Source: the human T2T-CHM13v2.0 reference genome, Homo sapiens. Taken from it: a stretch of 64,000 nt of DNA. Within the stretch, counting starts at the first letter, position 1; every line of letters begins with the position of its first letter. Below, piece by piece: positions 15,371 through 30,034 of the stretch. The notes below the pieces were generated by a model. That model was not told where the DNA came from, did not search any database, and saw nothing but the letters and a program-made list of their open reading frames with translations. The translations under genes were made by a program, and so were the position numbers. The stretch lies in NCBI RefSeq assembly GCF_009914755.1, contig NC_060928.1, one strand, 5' to 3'.

Positions 15371-15681
15371 TTTTGTTTGTTTGTTTTTGTTTTTGTTTTT
15401 GAGACGGAGTCTCACTCTGTCACCCAGGCTGCAGTGTAGTGGGATCAGGTTGGCTCACTGCAGCCTCCATCTCCTGGGTTCAAGCAATTCTGCCTCAGCT
15501 TCCTGAGTAGCTGGGATTACAGGCGCCCACTACCACGCCCAGCTAATTTTTTTATGTTTTTAGTAGAGACGGGGTTTCACCATGTTCGCCAGGCTGGTCT
15601 TGAACTCTTGACCTCAGGTGATCCACCTGCCTCGGCCTCCTAAAGCGCTGGAATTAGAGGCGTGAGCCACCGTGCCCGGCC
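15371..15681 (-). mobile_element. AluSx-like
   Basis: Full dimeric Alu with (TTTG)n-type tail. TSD tccaatactt. Confidence 0.95.
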
Positions 15682-16984
15682 TCCTCCAATACTTAACATA
15701 AAATCAGTACTGCATAAAGGGAGGATTATTTTCAAAGTTTAATTCTATTTCACAAATCTCTTTTCCTCTTGGATTAATTAGACTGAACAAATATTTTTGT
15801 GTCAAAAGTTTAAATAAATAAAGTATGTCTAATCTACTCAATATGAAATATTCTTCTGCCATTAAAGATGATGTTTATACAGAACTTGCAACAATATGGA
15901 ATCTCAGAAAATGGATTAGGTTGGTTGTGAGGGGAGCTATAATAGTCACGGTTTGGTCAGAGAAGCAAATCCACTAGGAAATATACATAAAATGCATTTA
16001 CTATGGGAATTTTTCCCTAGCCAGTTGTAGGATCTAGTTAAACAATCTATGTGACTCCTTTGTCTCTGTATCTAGTGCCTTAAGTCCACAGGGTGGGGCA
16101 GTTGGGAAAGAAAGATGGACACAAAGAGGAAAGAGCAAGGGCAAACAGGAACCTGCTGTCAGGCTAGGATATTCCCCTACTTGCAAGCTGAAAGATTCAC
16201 CTTCTATTGTTTTATGAATGTTGGCAGAAGACATAAGACACCTGGATCACAGATGAAGTACTTTGTTACTCACAATACAGCAAATGGCATGAACATCATG
16301 CTTGTCATAGTCCCCTTTGCTCCCCAAGTCCCACAGGGGCTTTACAGAAAATCTCAGATGGATACTGCACATGCAGCATATCTGTATCACAGCTGAGAAA
16401 CACTGAGTTTGGAGAATCCATTACTTCTGTAATAAGCAGTAAGTAGTTTGTTCTTTGTCACAGTGGGAGATACGTCATCTTCAGCATTCTTGCTATAAAC
16501 ACAACCTTGAGAAATGACCAAATAAAAGGAGGCTTAAATTCTTGGCACATTCAACAAGAACACAAAGGCATGCTCACAGCGCATGGTGGATTGCCTCTTC
16601 CAATACCTCTGAGGCTGAGCTGAAACTCATGAAAGATGGATTGGAACCTTCCCTTATTTCTCACCACTTCCAAGTCTCCAACTTTGATGATGGGTGTGTC
16701 CTGCAGGGAAGACCAGTGTTTTTTCATCATAAAGTGAAATACACGTCTGGTCCAGGAGTTGGGGAGGCTGAAGGAGAATAAAGCAGGAGCTGCAGTAGAT
16801 GCAGGTCCAACTATGGTACAATACTGACCAGGTGAGCCTGGTCTGTTTACAGTTCCATTTAGGTTATAGTTCACAGTGTACAGAAAAACCTTTAGGCCGA
16901 ACTTAACATACGTAAGGAGGCAGCTTTAGGCTAAACTTGATTTAACACTGGGAACTGAAGGAACAATAGAAACCACACTATCCA

Positions 16985-17511
16985 TGTTGTTTTGGAGGGC
17001 TCAAAGAACACCTCCCAGTTCAGTGATACTCTAGGAAGCCTCAAAGGTCCTCGTATAAAGTCACAGTGAAGAGCTATTACAGCAAAAGGGCCTAAAGCAA
17101 AATCAGCAGAGGAAAAGTCCCATGGGGCAAAGTCCAGAGGAGGCCACACACAAGCTTCCAAGAGCCCTCTTCCAGTGGATTCCTATGGGACACACTTATT
17201 ATCCCAGCAATAAGTTAAAGGAAGATCGTTAGAGATTCACTTCTCAAGATTTTTATTGGGGGCCGGTTGTGTAGGCACTCTCTGCTTAACATATATCAAA
17301 ATTCCGAACTCCCAGAAGGAAAGCAAGAGTTCCACATAATTCATATTGTTTGAACAATTTACGCACAGTGAGCTTCTCTTATCAGTTCTGGTCATGATGA
17401 AAACCCTCTCGAAACCCGAATTTCCAGATGCCATCCAAAGGCCAATCTTTCAAGCAGGCATTTCTAAGACTAGCAGTCCCAAACCTGCTGTGTGAACTCT
17501 TTTTTTTACAC
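16985..17511 (-). mobile_element. MER21-like LTR
   Basis: gcaaaatcagcagaggaaaag...ggggcaaagtccagagg...caagcttccaagag and terminal aactcttttttttacaca are typical of MER21. Confidence 0.7.
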
Positions 17512-19178
17512 ACTTGTCTTCATATGACAACAATCGTGACTCCATTGAAACTCTTGCTTTGTTCTCTTTATATGAGTGTAGAAATATGTTCTTCTGTTTG
17601 TTTTTTAAAAACTCATAAAAACAAAACACCTTTTCCCATTTCCATTTTCTGTGGAAAGGATTTTCTTCTAAGCTCTCCTCTTAACCTCCCCTCTTCCCTT
17701 TATTTACACTGGCCCTAGAAAGGTGGAGTCAGTTGGGTTAACTGATTGCTAAATTTGGAAAGAATAACTGAGGGTGTTTGACTCAATTCACCCTTAGGAT
17801 TGTCCTGGCTTCAGGGAACTCATGTTCCTCTGATATTCCAGGAGTCTGACCCTTCAAAGAGAGGCCTACTGTGCTAGTATTGCTGGCACACTCAATGTTA
17901 GCAATATTCAATGTTCAATCAATATTCAATATTAGCAACCCATATGGCAGACCAAGAGCCCTTATCCCAACAGTAAAGATAATTTTTGGACCTCCTCTGC
18001 CTTATTTTTTGTTTTAGTTTATTAACTTGATCAGAACCAAGTGGGGAGGGGTGTTTCTGTACATGGAGTCCCTTCAGAGGCTCCAACAAACAACAGGAAG
18101 AACTATTTTGAAAATGGTAAAACATTACTTATTAGAGTGGTATTTTTTTCTTTCTCTATATCCTCAATTTTCTAAAATATTATCCTATTACTTTCACAAT
18201 TTTTAAAAATTATTTTTATAGCCAACTGAAAATTATATGCTCAAAAGTTCTTGCTGTTTTTAAAGTCAGAAAGGAGCTATAGCTGATTCTTACATAACGA
18301 AGTCATGGGGAGAACTACCTTTATACATACACACGGTTAAGTTGTGATTTATCTGAGGGCTTTGCAGAATCAACAACTGTGGAAAAGTCACAAGAATCAC
18401 AGTGAAAATCTCTTAAATCATGATTGCATAAGATAAAGGATATATTTGCTCTAGATGGGTAACTCTGAATTATACAATGTTATGGATAAATGTATAATCT
18501 ATACAGCAATGTCGAGTATATTTTAAAGAATAAGCATGCAAAATATAATGTTGTAGCTTCTCCAGCAGTTTGCACATTTGAAGTTGAAGCAGATTTTTCG
18601 ATGTTTATGCCCACCTTAGTTGGCTTTCAATTCCTTTGTACCTCTCTTCAGCAGAAAATCTGAAAGTAAAAACTTTTGTAATTGGGTCACCTTTTTGGTT
18701 CAATTTTACAACCAAAAGCCTTTCCAACCTCTTACCTAATGCTTTTTTATTCAGCTTAGTATTTATTAGAGTTCTTAATGTCAAGATTTGATAAAGTTCT
18801 CTCTTTCAAGATGCCTATTTTTCTGAGCTTTGCAACAAATTGCTATTTATTCACATGACACCATGTTTCATGAAAAGTGTATTATCATTAAACATTATTA
18901 GAATCCGACACTTTGTGGTGGGATGCTCAGGCTATGAGAAGCAAGAGGGAATGGATGTCTCCACCCTCTCTCACTACAGGTAAAGAAATCTGAAGTGCAA
19001 TGTTATACTAACTACCCAAATTTTCTCTCTCCAATATTTCTCTCGCTTTCTCTCTATCTCTGTCTCTTCATCTCTCTTCTATTCTCTCCCCCCGCCCCAA
19101 TTACATTTGCATTGGCTAAAGTGTATGGTGCTATTTCCTTAATAGAGTTAGCAGTGGAAGAATTAAACTGCTTTCTTA

Positions 19179-19331
19179 GGCGGGGTGCAGTGGCTCATGC
19201 CTGTAATCCCAGCACTTTGGGAGGCCGAAGCCGGCAGATCACTTAAGGCCAGGAGTTTGAGACCAGCCTGGGCAACATGGTGAAACCCTGTATCTACTAA
19301 AAATACCAAAATTATCCAGGTATGGTGGTGC
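19179..19331 (+). mobile_element. Alu, 3'-truncated (left arm plus start of right arm)
   Basis: Alu homology stops abruptly after tatggtggtgc. No A-tail. Confidence 0.9.
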
Positions 19332-22300
19332 TTCTTACTAGGACTTTCATCCATATGTTTGGTATCACAACTATTTCATACTTTATTTTCTTATGCATTG
19401 ACAGAATGAAACACAAGATGTGTATTGGTCAGAACTCATGGTTACTATTAGTTTCTTTTAAGATAGTTAAACTAGTTTACCTACCTTAAACAAGTTTCTT
19501 TCTTTGTGTCAAGGACACTTTCTTTGTGTCAAATACAGTGTCAAAGATGAAATTACCAGAATATGGGGATAATGAAGTCTAAACAAAAATAAGATAATTA
19601 TTAAAACATGAAATGGATACCCTTCTCACCTTCCTCTTCACCAGATAATCAGGAAGGTGAATACAGTAAACACCTCTTTGATGGCTACCTATGGAGGTGG
19701 GTATCCAACAGCCATGACTGTTCTTAGTAACTTTACTGCACAGCTATAGCTTATTGATGCAGGAATGGTCAGCTAACACAAGCTGGACCACTCAAATACT
19801 GTCATTTCCAATATTTGAAATTTTGAACTGAAAGACAGAGACAGGGAATTGTTGGAATGGAGTTATAGTAATGGCAACACATAAGGGATGAAAAATTCAT
19901 GTATTCCTGCTGCTAAGTTCCCAAAATATACTCAGCTGTTTTCCATCATACTCAAGATTTAGTTGTTATTTCCCCTAATTCTTTGAGATGAATCAGTGTT
20001 GGTTGTTCATCCAACAGTCATTTTCTTCCCTACCTCTTCCTTGATAACAGAAACCCTAATTGGTCATTTGTCTAGGAGTCACTGGGCCCCTTCCCAGACC
20101 CAAGGCAGTGAAGTTAAAGCCAGGTATGAAGAGTCTCATTCTCCTTACCACTGATTGGTTTATGCACAGGTACGCTACAGAGCTTGGGATAAAGTCAACT
20201 TTGTATCACCCAAGCTTTTTATCATCCCCTTCCCCCCTTATCTGGATATCGTCATATCTGCACATGATTCCTGGAACACCTAGAGGCATCTTAAAGCCAC
20301 AAGGAGAGACTCGCCAACAGGCTGTGGTTAGAGAGAACAGCTAGACAAAAGGTACCTGAGTCTCTGATTGAGCTACTGAATTAGCCAACTCTGGGACCTC
20401 TGGGCTTCTTGTTACTTGAGATAATGAAGGTCCATATTATTTAAGCCAGATGTAATTGTGTTTTTGTTTACTTTGGGGTTAAATAAAACCAAGTGATATA
20501 TCCAATATACTCACGATCAATTTCTTTTTTATACAAAGTACCTGAGTTTATTTCTGCTACTTGCTACCAAAGACTATAAACCAGTAGATTGTGGAACTGT
20601 GTGTTCCAGGTTTTACCAGGCTGCGTGAACAAATGAGGTCACCTTTACATTAGTACTCCAAACACTGATGCTCTCACCCCACACCTGCTTGAGTAGCAGA
20701 AAATTCCATGTTTTATTTATATGTTTCTCCTTAAAGGTTTTCAAAAATCTCATGGAAATTCTTAGACTTGCTAAAGATTTACTAGTTACTTGTTTGTTTT
20801 TCATTATAATTTTATCAAATAAGCATGTGTTACTAAAATTATTATTTTAATTTTGTCTCTTCTTTAAAGTTTATATAAATTAAATCATAATATATGTATT
20901 TTATATCTTGATTCTTTTTTCACTCAACAATGTATATGCAAGATTTATTCACATTATTTGGTGGAGCTGGAGTTTATTTCATTGCTGAATATTCCATTAA
21001 ATGATATGTAATAATTTAATTTATCCATTCTACTCTAGATATAGACATGGGTTATATCCAATATTTTTCTTGAATATTTTCTGTCCATGGTAGAATTACA
21101 CTGTCTTTAAAACTGTATATTCTATTTTCATCACTTAACATTTTAGCATAAGCGTTTTTGTGTTGTTAAATTCTATTCCTAAAGATTATCTCTAACAGCT
21201 GTATAACGCTTCATTATGTGTACATACTATAATTTATTTAACCATTTCCCTAGGGTTTTCATTTAGATTGTCTTCAATTATTTGTTACTATGAATAATGT
21301 TATAGTGAACATTTTTTACACAGATTTATATCTGCATTTCAAAGCATTTCCTTAGGTCATTTCCAAAAACTAGAATTACCATGTCAAGCAGTATAAATAT
21401 TTTAAATCAAATTTCCCTGCAGAAGGGTTGGACTCATTTATTCTTTCATGAGGAAGAAATGAGAGTGCCTATTTCACCTCATCCTTACGAGCACTAAATA
21501 TGCTTGCATGTTGTTCCCTCTCTCTCCTCCCCTCTCTCATCTCCTTCAAGGGTTTTGATACAAACCTTGATCACTACTTGGTCAGGTACCAAAAAAGGAC
21601 TTTTTATGTATAAGAAATTCTAGATGAATTAGACCTTCAAAAAGAAAAAACATTCAACAATAATAAATAAAAATATCCCTGGATTTTTAAAGAGAAAAAT
21701 AGAAGAGGAAGGAGAATAAAACTGTGGCCGAAACTAACTAGACGCTCACCAAACACACGTTCTCTTCTAAGCACACAACAAAATTACATTAACTAGTCTC
21801 CCTTACATTTGTGTCTATAACAGAGTTCTAGCTAATGGAAAATGGGGAGAAGTGGTGCATGCCAACAAAACTTCCCATACATCACCCTACTTTCTCCATC
21901 TATAGGCTAAATGGAGAAAATTCTAAGGACATAGAGGACAGAGCCATAAAAAGAAAGGAGACTTAGTCCCTAAATGATTACATGAAATTCCCTAAATGAT
22001 CACATAAAATTCCTCCCATCCAGAAATACTCACACTGAAATGAGTGAGGAATAGATTTGATAAGGTTAAGTGTCTGAGAATTCTGGATTTAGATATTAAC
22101 AGCAGCTGGAATTGTTTATCTTAACTATCACAAAATATTTATTGAATAATTACTATATTCTAGGTGCTTTGTTAGATGTGTTACTTATGTTTCCCTGTTT
22201 AATCATTATAGCAATTTTATGCAGAAGTTCTTATTAGTACCATCTTGAAAATAAGTGATTTTCCCAATTAAAGACAAGTGATTTGCCCAAGAGGGAAGAG

Positions 22301-24527
22301 TCAGAATTTAAATCTGAGTTCCTCTGATGGCAAAGGCCATGCTCATCACACTATCTCATGCTTGCTGTAAGTGTTTTATATACAGAGGCTGTATAAAACA
22401 CATAGGGACTATGGTGCATTCATTCAACAATCAATCATTGAATGCACACAGGATCTTTTTTTTTTTACATATGTAATGGGGCCTACATCTTCTCATCTCT
22501 AACTTATATCTCTTATAAATATAGAAATTGAAACTTAGTCATTTATATTTAGCTAATGTCATAATAAATTTTTTCATATTTTAAATATCAAGGCCATGTA
22601 TTTACATGTTTTGAGTAGAGGAAAGTGAGGTGGGGCCATAGAAGGGCAGTAGAGAGATTCCTTCTCAATGATTTTGGGCCTGCATCCCATTTCCAAGTCC
22701 CATGAGGTGCCTGGAATGTGGCAAGGCCTTTGACGCAGTGGCTGATGGAAAGCAATAGGGGATGGGGAATGTTGTAGAGCTGCCTCTTAAGTGAACCACA
22801 CAGCAAGTCACTACAGTGGACTGTTCAAATCACTATGGCATGTTTTAGGCTGCCTGTGCCTCAATAATAACCTACACAAATTTAGCAATCCTGTTCCTAA
22901 AGAGAAAATAATCTGTGAATACACACCTTAAAGCTCCAAATTTACAGAGCAATGTCTATCATCAAAAATTAATTTTAGGTATCTTCCTTTTAATTAGCTT
23001 CAGCTAATTAGCTGCTAAACTGTACACTACAGATGCTTCAAATTTGCCCCACAACACTAAGATGAAGACATTTCATGCTATTATCTCTTTTTAAAAATCA
23101 CATCATGTCAGAATCTAAATTCCTCATCTTTCATATTAATAAAATATTTCCCCAAACTTTATCATGCTTTGTGAGTCACCCCCTCTTCCTCGATATCACA
23201 AAAGAAATTGGTGGAGCTTACACAATCTCGTTATATATATATATAAAGGGCTTCTAAGGTAACCAGTTCATCTTTGCTCTCTGAAAAGATACAAGTTTAG
23301 ATGATTCACTTGAAGGAGCAGCTCCAGAACACTCCCATTCCTCAGTCCCTACTGCCCAAATCAGTGACCACATCAAAGACCTTGCCATCTTCCAGGGTAC
23401 TTCATGGGAACTGGGACTGGAATACAAACCAATCCCACAGAAAGGGCCCCTCTGTACTCTCCCTGCCATCTCAACCTTAGGGCTCTACCTCACCTTCTCT
23501 ACTCAAAGCCTGCCTTCCTGCTCAGGGGTAATACTACATAATCCCCTCATCCTACTTCCACTCCTACCACCCAAAACTCATGAACCAGAGACACTTCTCA
23601 CGGCTCAAACCTAAGGGAACACAACACCAACCTTTTCTTTCTGGATTTCAGTGAGGAAACGAGATCTTAATTCCTTCCTGGTGAGGATTCAGCAGCAGCA
23701 ACAACAAAAGAAAAAACAAGAAAGTAATAATAATGATGCTTTCACATATATAAAAACAGAACCTAGCAATACACATTGATAACATAAAACTAGTCATTTT
23801 ACTTAAGATTATATTTTAATAAAGAGCCACTAGAATCAGGATCTTCTCAGCATCATTCATTAACTACTCAGGAATGGTCTGCTTCATTCATCTCACAGGC
23901 AGTCCCACATTTATTATTCAGCAAATGTTTGTCACATGCTTTCTACATGCCAGCCATAGCACTGGAAGCTGGGGATATAAAAATGTCCATGCTTGAGCAT
24001 TTCCTCTGTCCAGGTGTGCCTTCACAATTATTAACTCATGTTAGTTCTCAATGAAGTGCAACAATATTATCTTCATTTTATACATGAGGAAAACATCAGA
24101 GAAATCAAGTAAACTGCTCAGTCATAGAGCTGGTAATTGGTAGAGAAGGGATTCTAACTCAGTTGGTCTGGCTTGAGAGCCATACTCTTTATCAGTACTC
24201 TAGTGAGATATATTAGGTATTTCTGTATAGCACCCATATTAGCATAATGATTGCCAGAACACCCCATCCACATCCCCCTACTGAACCCTGGGGTTTCCCA
24301 TTCCAGCATCCCTTTCCCTAAGACCCACCTAACTCAGATGCATCCCGCCATCCAGGATCCTCCAACCAAAACCCTGATCTGCACTTCCCCAGGGTAGATA
24401 TAGACCTTTAACACCCTAAACACTAAAAAGATTTTGGTGGGCATTCCCAGCCAATATGTACTGAAAAACACAATTTAATATTTTGAAATGATACAAGCTT
24501 AACTACACAGTAAGAAAAACCATTTCA

Positions 24528-24811
<284 letters not shown>

Positions 24812-26004
24812 GGAAATAATTTTGTTCTAAATTTTTAGATATAAATTTATATGAAAGTTTATTGAAGCTGAATCAACATCTCTTCGTTTTCTCCCCCTTT
24901 TTTCCCCTTTGTCTTCCTGACATAAGTTTACACTTAATGTAGGTAATCCAGTCCAGCCCAGTCTGGCAAGGTATTTAGGAGGCCCACAGGGGAGGCTGCT
25001 CCATTAGACTGAAATTACTTTAAGCTCTTAAGCAGAGATTACTCTTCTCCACAAAAAGAGATGATCCTCAGTAGCAGTGATTATCTGTAATTTCTTGAAG
25101 TTCTTATGAACTCTAAAATTCTACGTGGCTCTAGCTGTTATAATCATTGTTTGCTTAGGTTTTTTCTTTTAAAGAAGGAGAAATGAAAATACCATGGCCT
25201 TAGTCTTCTGTGGAGTTTTTGGTTTATGTCTGCAAAACATTGTGCTCTGCTTGATGATAAATGTACCCATTATCTTAGTTAGAAAGATAAAGAAATATAT
25301 TTTTAAAGTTACATGAATCTATTTCTTTACCTCATCAACAAAATTCCTCCTATTACCTCTCTCTCCAATACATATGCTTGAACTTTATGTTAATTAAAAT
25401 TAGAAATAATTAAAAAAATTACCAAAAAGTATCAGTGTCAACTGCACAAAGGATGCTTTAGGCAGAGAGGAGCATAAGGCTCAGAAATGCTCTTCAAGGA
25501 CTTATATTCTCTTGGAGGAAAGAGCTGAATAGGATAGTTAAAAGCACTTAGTAATAAATTTCCATCAACTGCAGAATACAGATAAGATATACCACTGAAA
25601 TATAGAAAAATGAGAGATCTCTTGGCTGAAGTGATTAGGCAAGTTTTAAATATGATATTCAGGTTTGGACAGGACATTAAAACTGAATGGATTTTCGTAG
25701 GGAAAAAGATGAGGGGAAGATATTCAGGTAACATACTGGTGAGAGCAAAGTAGAAAAGCAGAAACTGTGGTTAAGAGTATGAATAGCAACTTAACTAGAG
25801 TGGATGATCTATGTCAGGAGAGAAGTGAGAGCTAGGACTAGAAAGATGGTTAGGGACATTCTTTGCAGAATGAGGAATTGGGACTTTAGACAGTTGACCA
25901 TGGGAGCTACCAAAGGTGTTTGGGTTAGTGAAGATATGATGAAAGTGGTGTCTGGAAAGTAAACGGACAAACATGATAGCAGTATTGTCAAGATTTGTTT
26001 TCAT

Positions 26005-26302
26005 GGCTGGGCACGGTGGCTCCTGCCTGTAATCCCAGCACTTTAGGAGGCTGAGGATGGTGGATCACAAGGTCAGGAGTTCAAGACCAGCCTGACCAAC
26101 ATGGTGAAACCCCATATCTACTAAAAATACAAAAATTAGCCGGGCGAGTTGTCCAGCACCTCTAATCCCAGCTACTCAGGAGGCTGAGGCAGGAGAGTGG
26201 CTTGAACCTGGGAGGCAGAGGTTTCAGTGTGCCGAGACTGTGCCACTGCACTCCAGCCTGGGCAACAGAATTAAGACTCTGTCTCAAAAAAAAAAAAAAA
26301 AA
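26005..26302 (+). mobile_element. AluS (Sg/Sp-like)
   Basis: Full dimeric Alu. TSD aagatttgtttt on both sides. Confidence 0.95.
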
Positions 26303-26561
26303 GATTTGTTTTTATTATTGTCCCCCGACCCCAGAACCTTCATAGATATTTTTCCCCTAATTGCCATCCCCTGTAAAATATTAATAGCACAGATAAACTG
26401 TATGTCTGTTTATGGACTGTGTGTATATATCTGTACTTTTTATATACAAACATGAAAAGAGTATGATTTTTTCAGCTCCCAATAACCAGTTTTCACCCTC
26501 TTATGAGTGACATTGCCCCCACTGAGAATGTGTAGATTGCACAATGTGTAAAATTGGAGGA

Positions 26562-26906
26562 TGTCTTAGTCCATTTGGGTTGCTATAACAGAATACCATA
26601 GACTAAGTAGGTTATAAACAACAGAAATTTATTTCTTACAGTGCTAGAGACTGGGATGTCCAAAATCAAAGTGCCAGCAAACATGGTTGCTAGTGTGGGC
26701 CTCTTCCCTGGTTCATAAATGGTACTTTCCAACCATGTCTTCAGATAGTGGAAGGGACAAACAAGCTCCCTGGGGCCTGTGAATAAGGGCACTAATCTCA
26801 TGCGTGAGGCTCCACCTCCCACAAGGTCTCACTTCCTAATATCACCACTTTGGGGGTTAGGATTTTAACATAAATTTGGAGAGACACAAACATTCAGACC
26901 ATAGCA
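26562..26906 (-). mobile_element. MaLR solo LTR (MSTC/MSTD-like)
   Basis: tgtcttagtccatttgggttgctataacagaatacc...acaaacattcagaccatagca. Confidence 0.85.
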
Positions 26907-27853
26907 GAGGGTGATATATCAACAGATGGGAGTAGGAAGTATTTTTGTATTCCACGTAAAAGCCCAAACCAGCACAGGGGATAAAGAAGACAGGGCCTAA
27001 TGAAAGAAAATAAGTTAGATCAGAGCACAGTTTGGAGGTGGACTGAGCTAACAGCAGGGCAGTCAACCAGGAGAAGGGACAAGGAAGTGTTCTAAAGAGG
27101 CAGCCACCTCAGGGTAGGTGCAGGCAGCAGTTTGCACCTGGGTTTCCAGGAGAAGACTATGAGGTCCCAAGAAGGCAGACAGCACCCACTAACTGGGAAT
27201 CTGAGCTGGCGACTGGGGCCTGAGAGCCATAGTCATCTTGGAGCTGTGGCAGATTCACAAGATTGCCAACTGGCAAGAGGAGAGGTTGACAACAGAAAAA
27301 CCTGCTAGAAACAGAAGCAAAGCAGAAATTAAGTCCTAGGAGCCCAGGACATAGAAGAGAAGCTCTGATTTGCAGACTAATCTGGGACCCAGAGATGAGC
27401 ACTCAGACCTGGCCCACAACCCAGGAGGACAACTAGTGATACTTGGTGAAGGAGGTACAGAGGTACAGAGGTGGTTAACCATGACCTTCTTTATGACAGG
27501 CTGACTTGGCCTAGTAATAGAAGTAAGGCTGAGTCTTCAAGAAATGAGATATACTGGTCACACAGAGGAATCTAGGCGGTGTTGGCAGAATGGCAGAAGA
27601 AGCTGTAAACAGCATGGGCACTTAAGAAGTCATTTCAGAACATTCAGTTCAAGATGGAAGTCTGAGCCATGGACTCAATTAAATGAGAATAATGGGAGTA
27701 AAAAACTCACTTGTAAGAGAACAGAAGGAAAGCCATTAGTGCAAGAGAGATGTCATCAAATTTTTGAGAAATGGAAAGCTGAAGAAGTGGTGACTATGAA
27801 GCCCTAACCAGAAATACACAGAAAAGAGGCTGCAGATGAAGAGAAAGGCTGTC

Positions 27854-28091
27854 TCCAAAAACAGACATACAGTTTATCTGTGCTCTTAAAATTTCATGAG
27901 GAGTGGCAATTAGGGAAAAAATGTCTATGAATGTTCTGGGGTGGGGGACAATAATGAAAAAAAGTCTGAAAAATACTGCTCTAACATTTGCCAGTTTACT
28001 TTCCAGATATCATTTTTGTCATGCCTCCGCTTGCCCAGGAACCTTCAGTAGCTCCCATGGTCAACCGTGTAAAGCCTCAATTCCTCATTCT
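27854..28091. repeat. Inverted copy of 25867-26416, lacking the Alu
   Basis: aaacagacatacagtttatctgtgct...aattcctcattct is the reverse complement of the two flanks of the Alu at 26005-26302 joined together. Confidence 0.9.
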
Positions 28092-28416
28092 ATAGTTTAA
28101 AGCTCTTCCTATTTTGCCCCCAACCAAAGGGGGATGGTGAGTTCTTGCTCTATTAGTTCCCATGAGAGCTGGTTGTTTGAATAGCCTAGCAGCTCCTCCT
28201 CTCTCTCTTGTCTGTTCTTTCGTCACGTGACCTCTGCACAAGCCAACTTTCCACCTACTTCTGCCATGAGTGGAAGCAGTCTGAGGCCTTCCCCAAATAC
28301 AGATGCTAGCACCATGCTTCCTGTACAATCCACAGAATCTTGAGCTAAATAAACCTCTCTTCCTTATCAATTACGCAGCCTCAGGTATTCCTTTATGACC
28401 CAAACGGACTAAGACA
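28092..28416 (+). mobile_element. MSTB-like MaLR LTR (5' part deleted)
   Basis: gttcttgctctattagttcccatgagagctggttg...aataaacctctct...cggactaagaca. Confidence 0.8.
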
Positions 28417-29506
28417 GCCACCCTCACATGCTGACATTTAGAGGCCCCCAGGATGATGGCTGTGCAACAAGCCTAGAGAGAAATCAATGCAATCAAAGGA
28501 TGGAGGCTCCAGGAAAAAATTTTCAGGAAGAAAAAAATGTATAAGGTGCCATCAACATTCCATAATGCTTGAATATTACAAACACTTAAGAAACAATAAA
28601 GGCAGGTGTCATGAGGGTGGGAGGGACAAGTATACAAGAAGGGGAATGAAATCAGAGAGCACAGCTGGGTTAGATATTAGCCAATTTACCTAAACGTTTT
28701 TCTTCCCAGTTACAGAATCAATATACTGACAGAGCACACAAGACTTAATTGGGATCAGAGAATATAAATAGAATCAACCCTAACAATTTCAAAGCAAAAT
28801 TACAGGTGACGTGTTGGAAGATGAAAAGGAAAGAGAAGAGATGAAGGACATCTCTAGTGCTCTAACCTTTCAAAATGGGGAGATCCTTTCTATAGTTGTT
28901 GGAACAAGAAATTAAAATGCAAATATATTATTTAAAGTTGCATAGGTATTGAAAAGAGGAACTGAGAACAGTCAGTAGAAGAGAAAATGAACGGTGAATG
29001 GGGTAGATGAGCTTAACCACCATCTATCATGGCAGGAATCCAATAGAAAAACCTGAAAAGAAGAAGAAATCATAGTTTATGCATATTATTTATAAGTGTG
29101 GATAGAACTACCTAGAACAAATAAAAATGGAAAATGATAAAAATGTTAAAAGAGTTTCGCACCATGGGAAATGGAATGGGAGTGGAAAATTGAGAGAATA
29201 AGGACTTTTCTTTTTCCCAGGAAGACTTCCACACTATTTAACTTTTTAAACATTTGTATTTATGACTTCAATAAAAATAATAAATTTTCTCTTTAATAAA
29301 AATAAGTCATTTGTATAATCCAAATGCAGTAATTGGTTCCAAAAATAGGATAGCAGCAGAAATGGAAAGAAGGGGTAGGTGGAAAAGACAGAATGAAGAA
29401 AGAAGTATCCAGGCTTGATCATTAATTTAACACAAAAGACAAACAAAGAGATGATATAAAAATATTCCCAAAGATTTGAATCTGAAGCCTTTTATTCAGA
29501 AGGCTC

Positions 29507-29640
29507 TTAGAGCCACTACTAAAAATAGAAAAATTGGGAGGGCATATCTGTCTGAGGGAAATATGATGAATGTACTTTGAGTCATTCACACATGAGAAGA
29601 TAATGATAGCAATAAGTGAATTTACATTTTTAAAACATTT
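29507..29640. repeat. ~134-bp segment, direct repeat copy 1
   Basis: ttagagccactactaaaaatagaaaaat...tttttaaaacattt recurs at 33838-33970. Confidence 0.92.
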
Positions 29641-30034
29641 ATTTATTTCAAATATCAAAACCTAGCTGGCAAATAGATTCTGCAGAAGGGAATCTTTTTT
29701 CTTATGTGTGCCTGTGGCTATATATCTCATTATTGCCAGGTAACAACAATGGAGAGAAATGTGCAACATTCCTAGAAAACATTTAAAAACTTTACGAAAG
29801 AGAGACATGTTCCATGCTCCATTGAAGGACTGGGAGCAGGAGAGAGGATGGGAATCAGACCAAGGAATACAAACCAGTGCTTTTGAAAACAAAACTGAAT
29901 GTCCTAAAATGAAAATTTAAAGTGATTCTAAACCACCAAGCAGCAAGTGACTAACCAAGAAGAAGATTAAAATCTAGATTCACTTTTTGTCCAAGTGTTG
30001 GGGTGAGGAAGATTTTATAAGAATATCCTGTGAT

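Noticed and set aside
21969-22013. 22-bp tandem repeat ccctaaatgat.acat.aaatt
   Set aside because: Trivial two-copy slippage within probable old LTR sequence.
25795-28100. Two similar small ORFs as a paralogous micropeptide pair
   Set aside because: The similarity is explained by the inverted DNA duplication of repeat-derived sequence. The starts and ends of the ORFs do not correspond.
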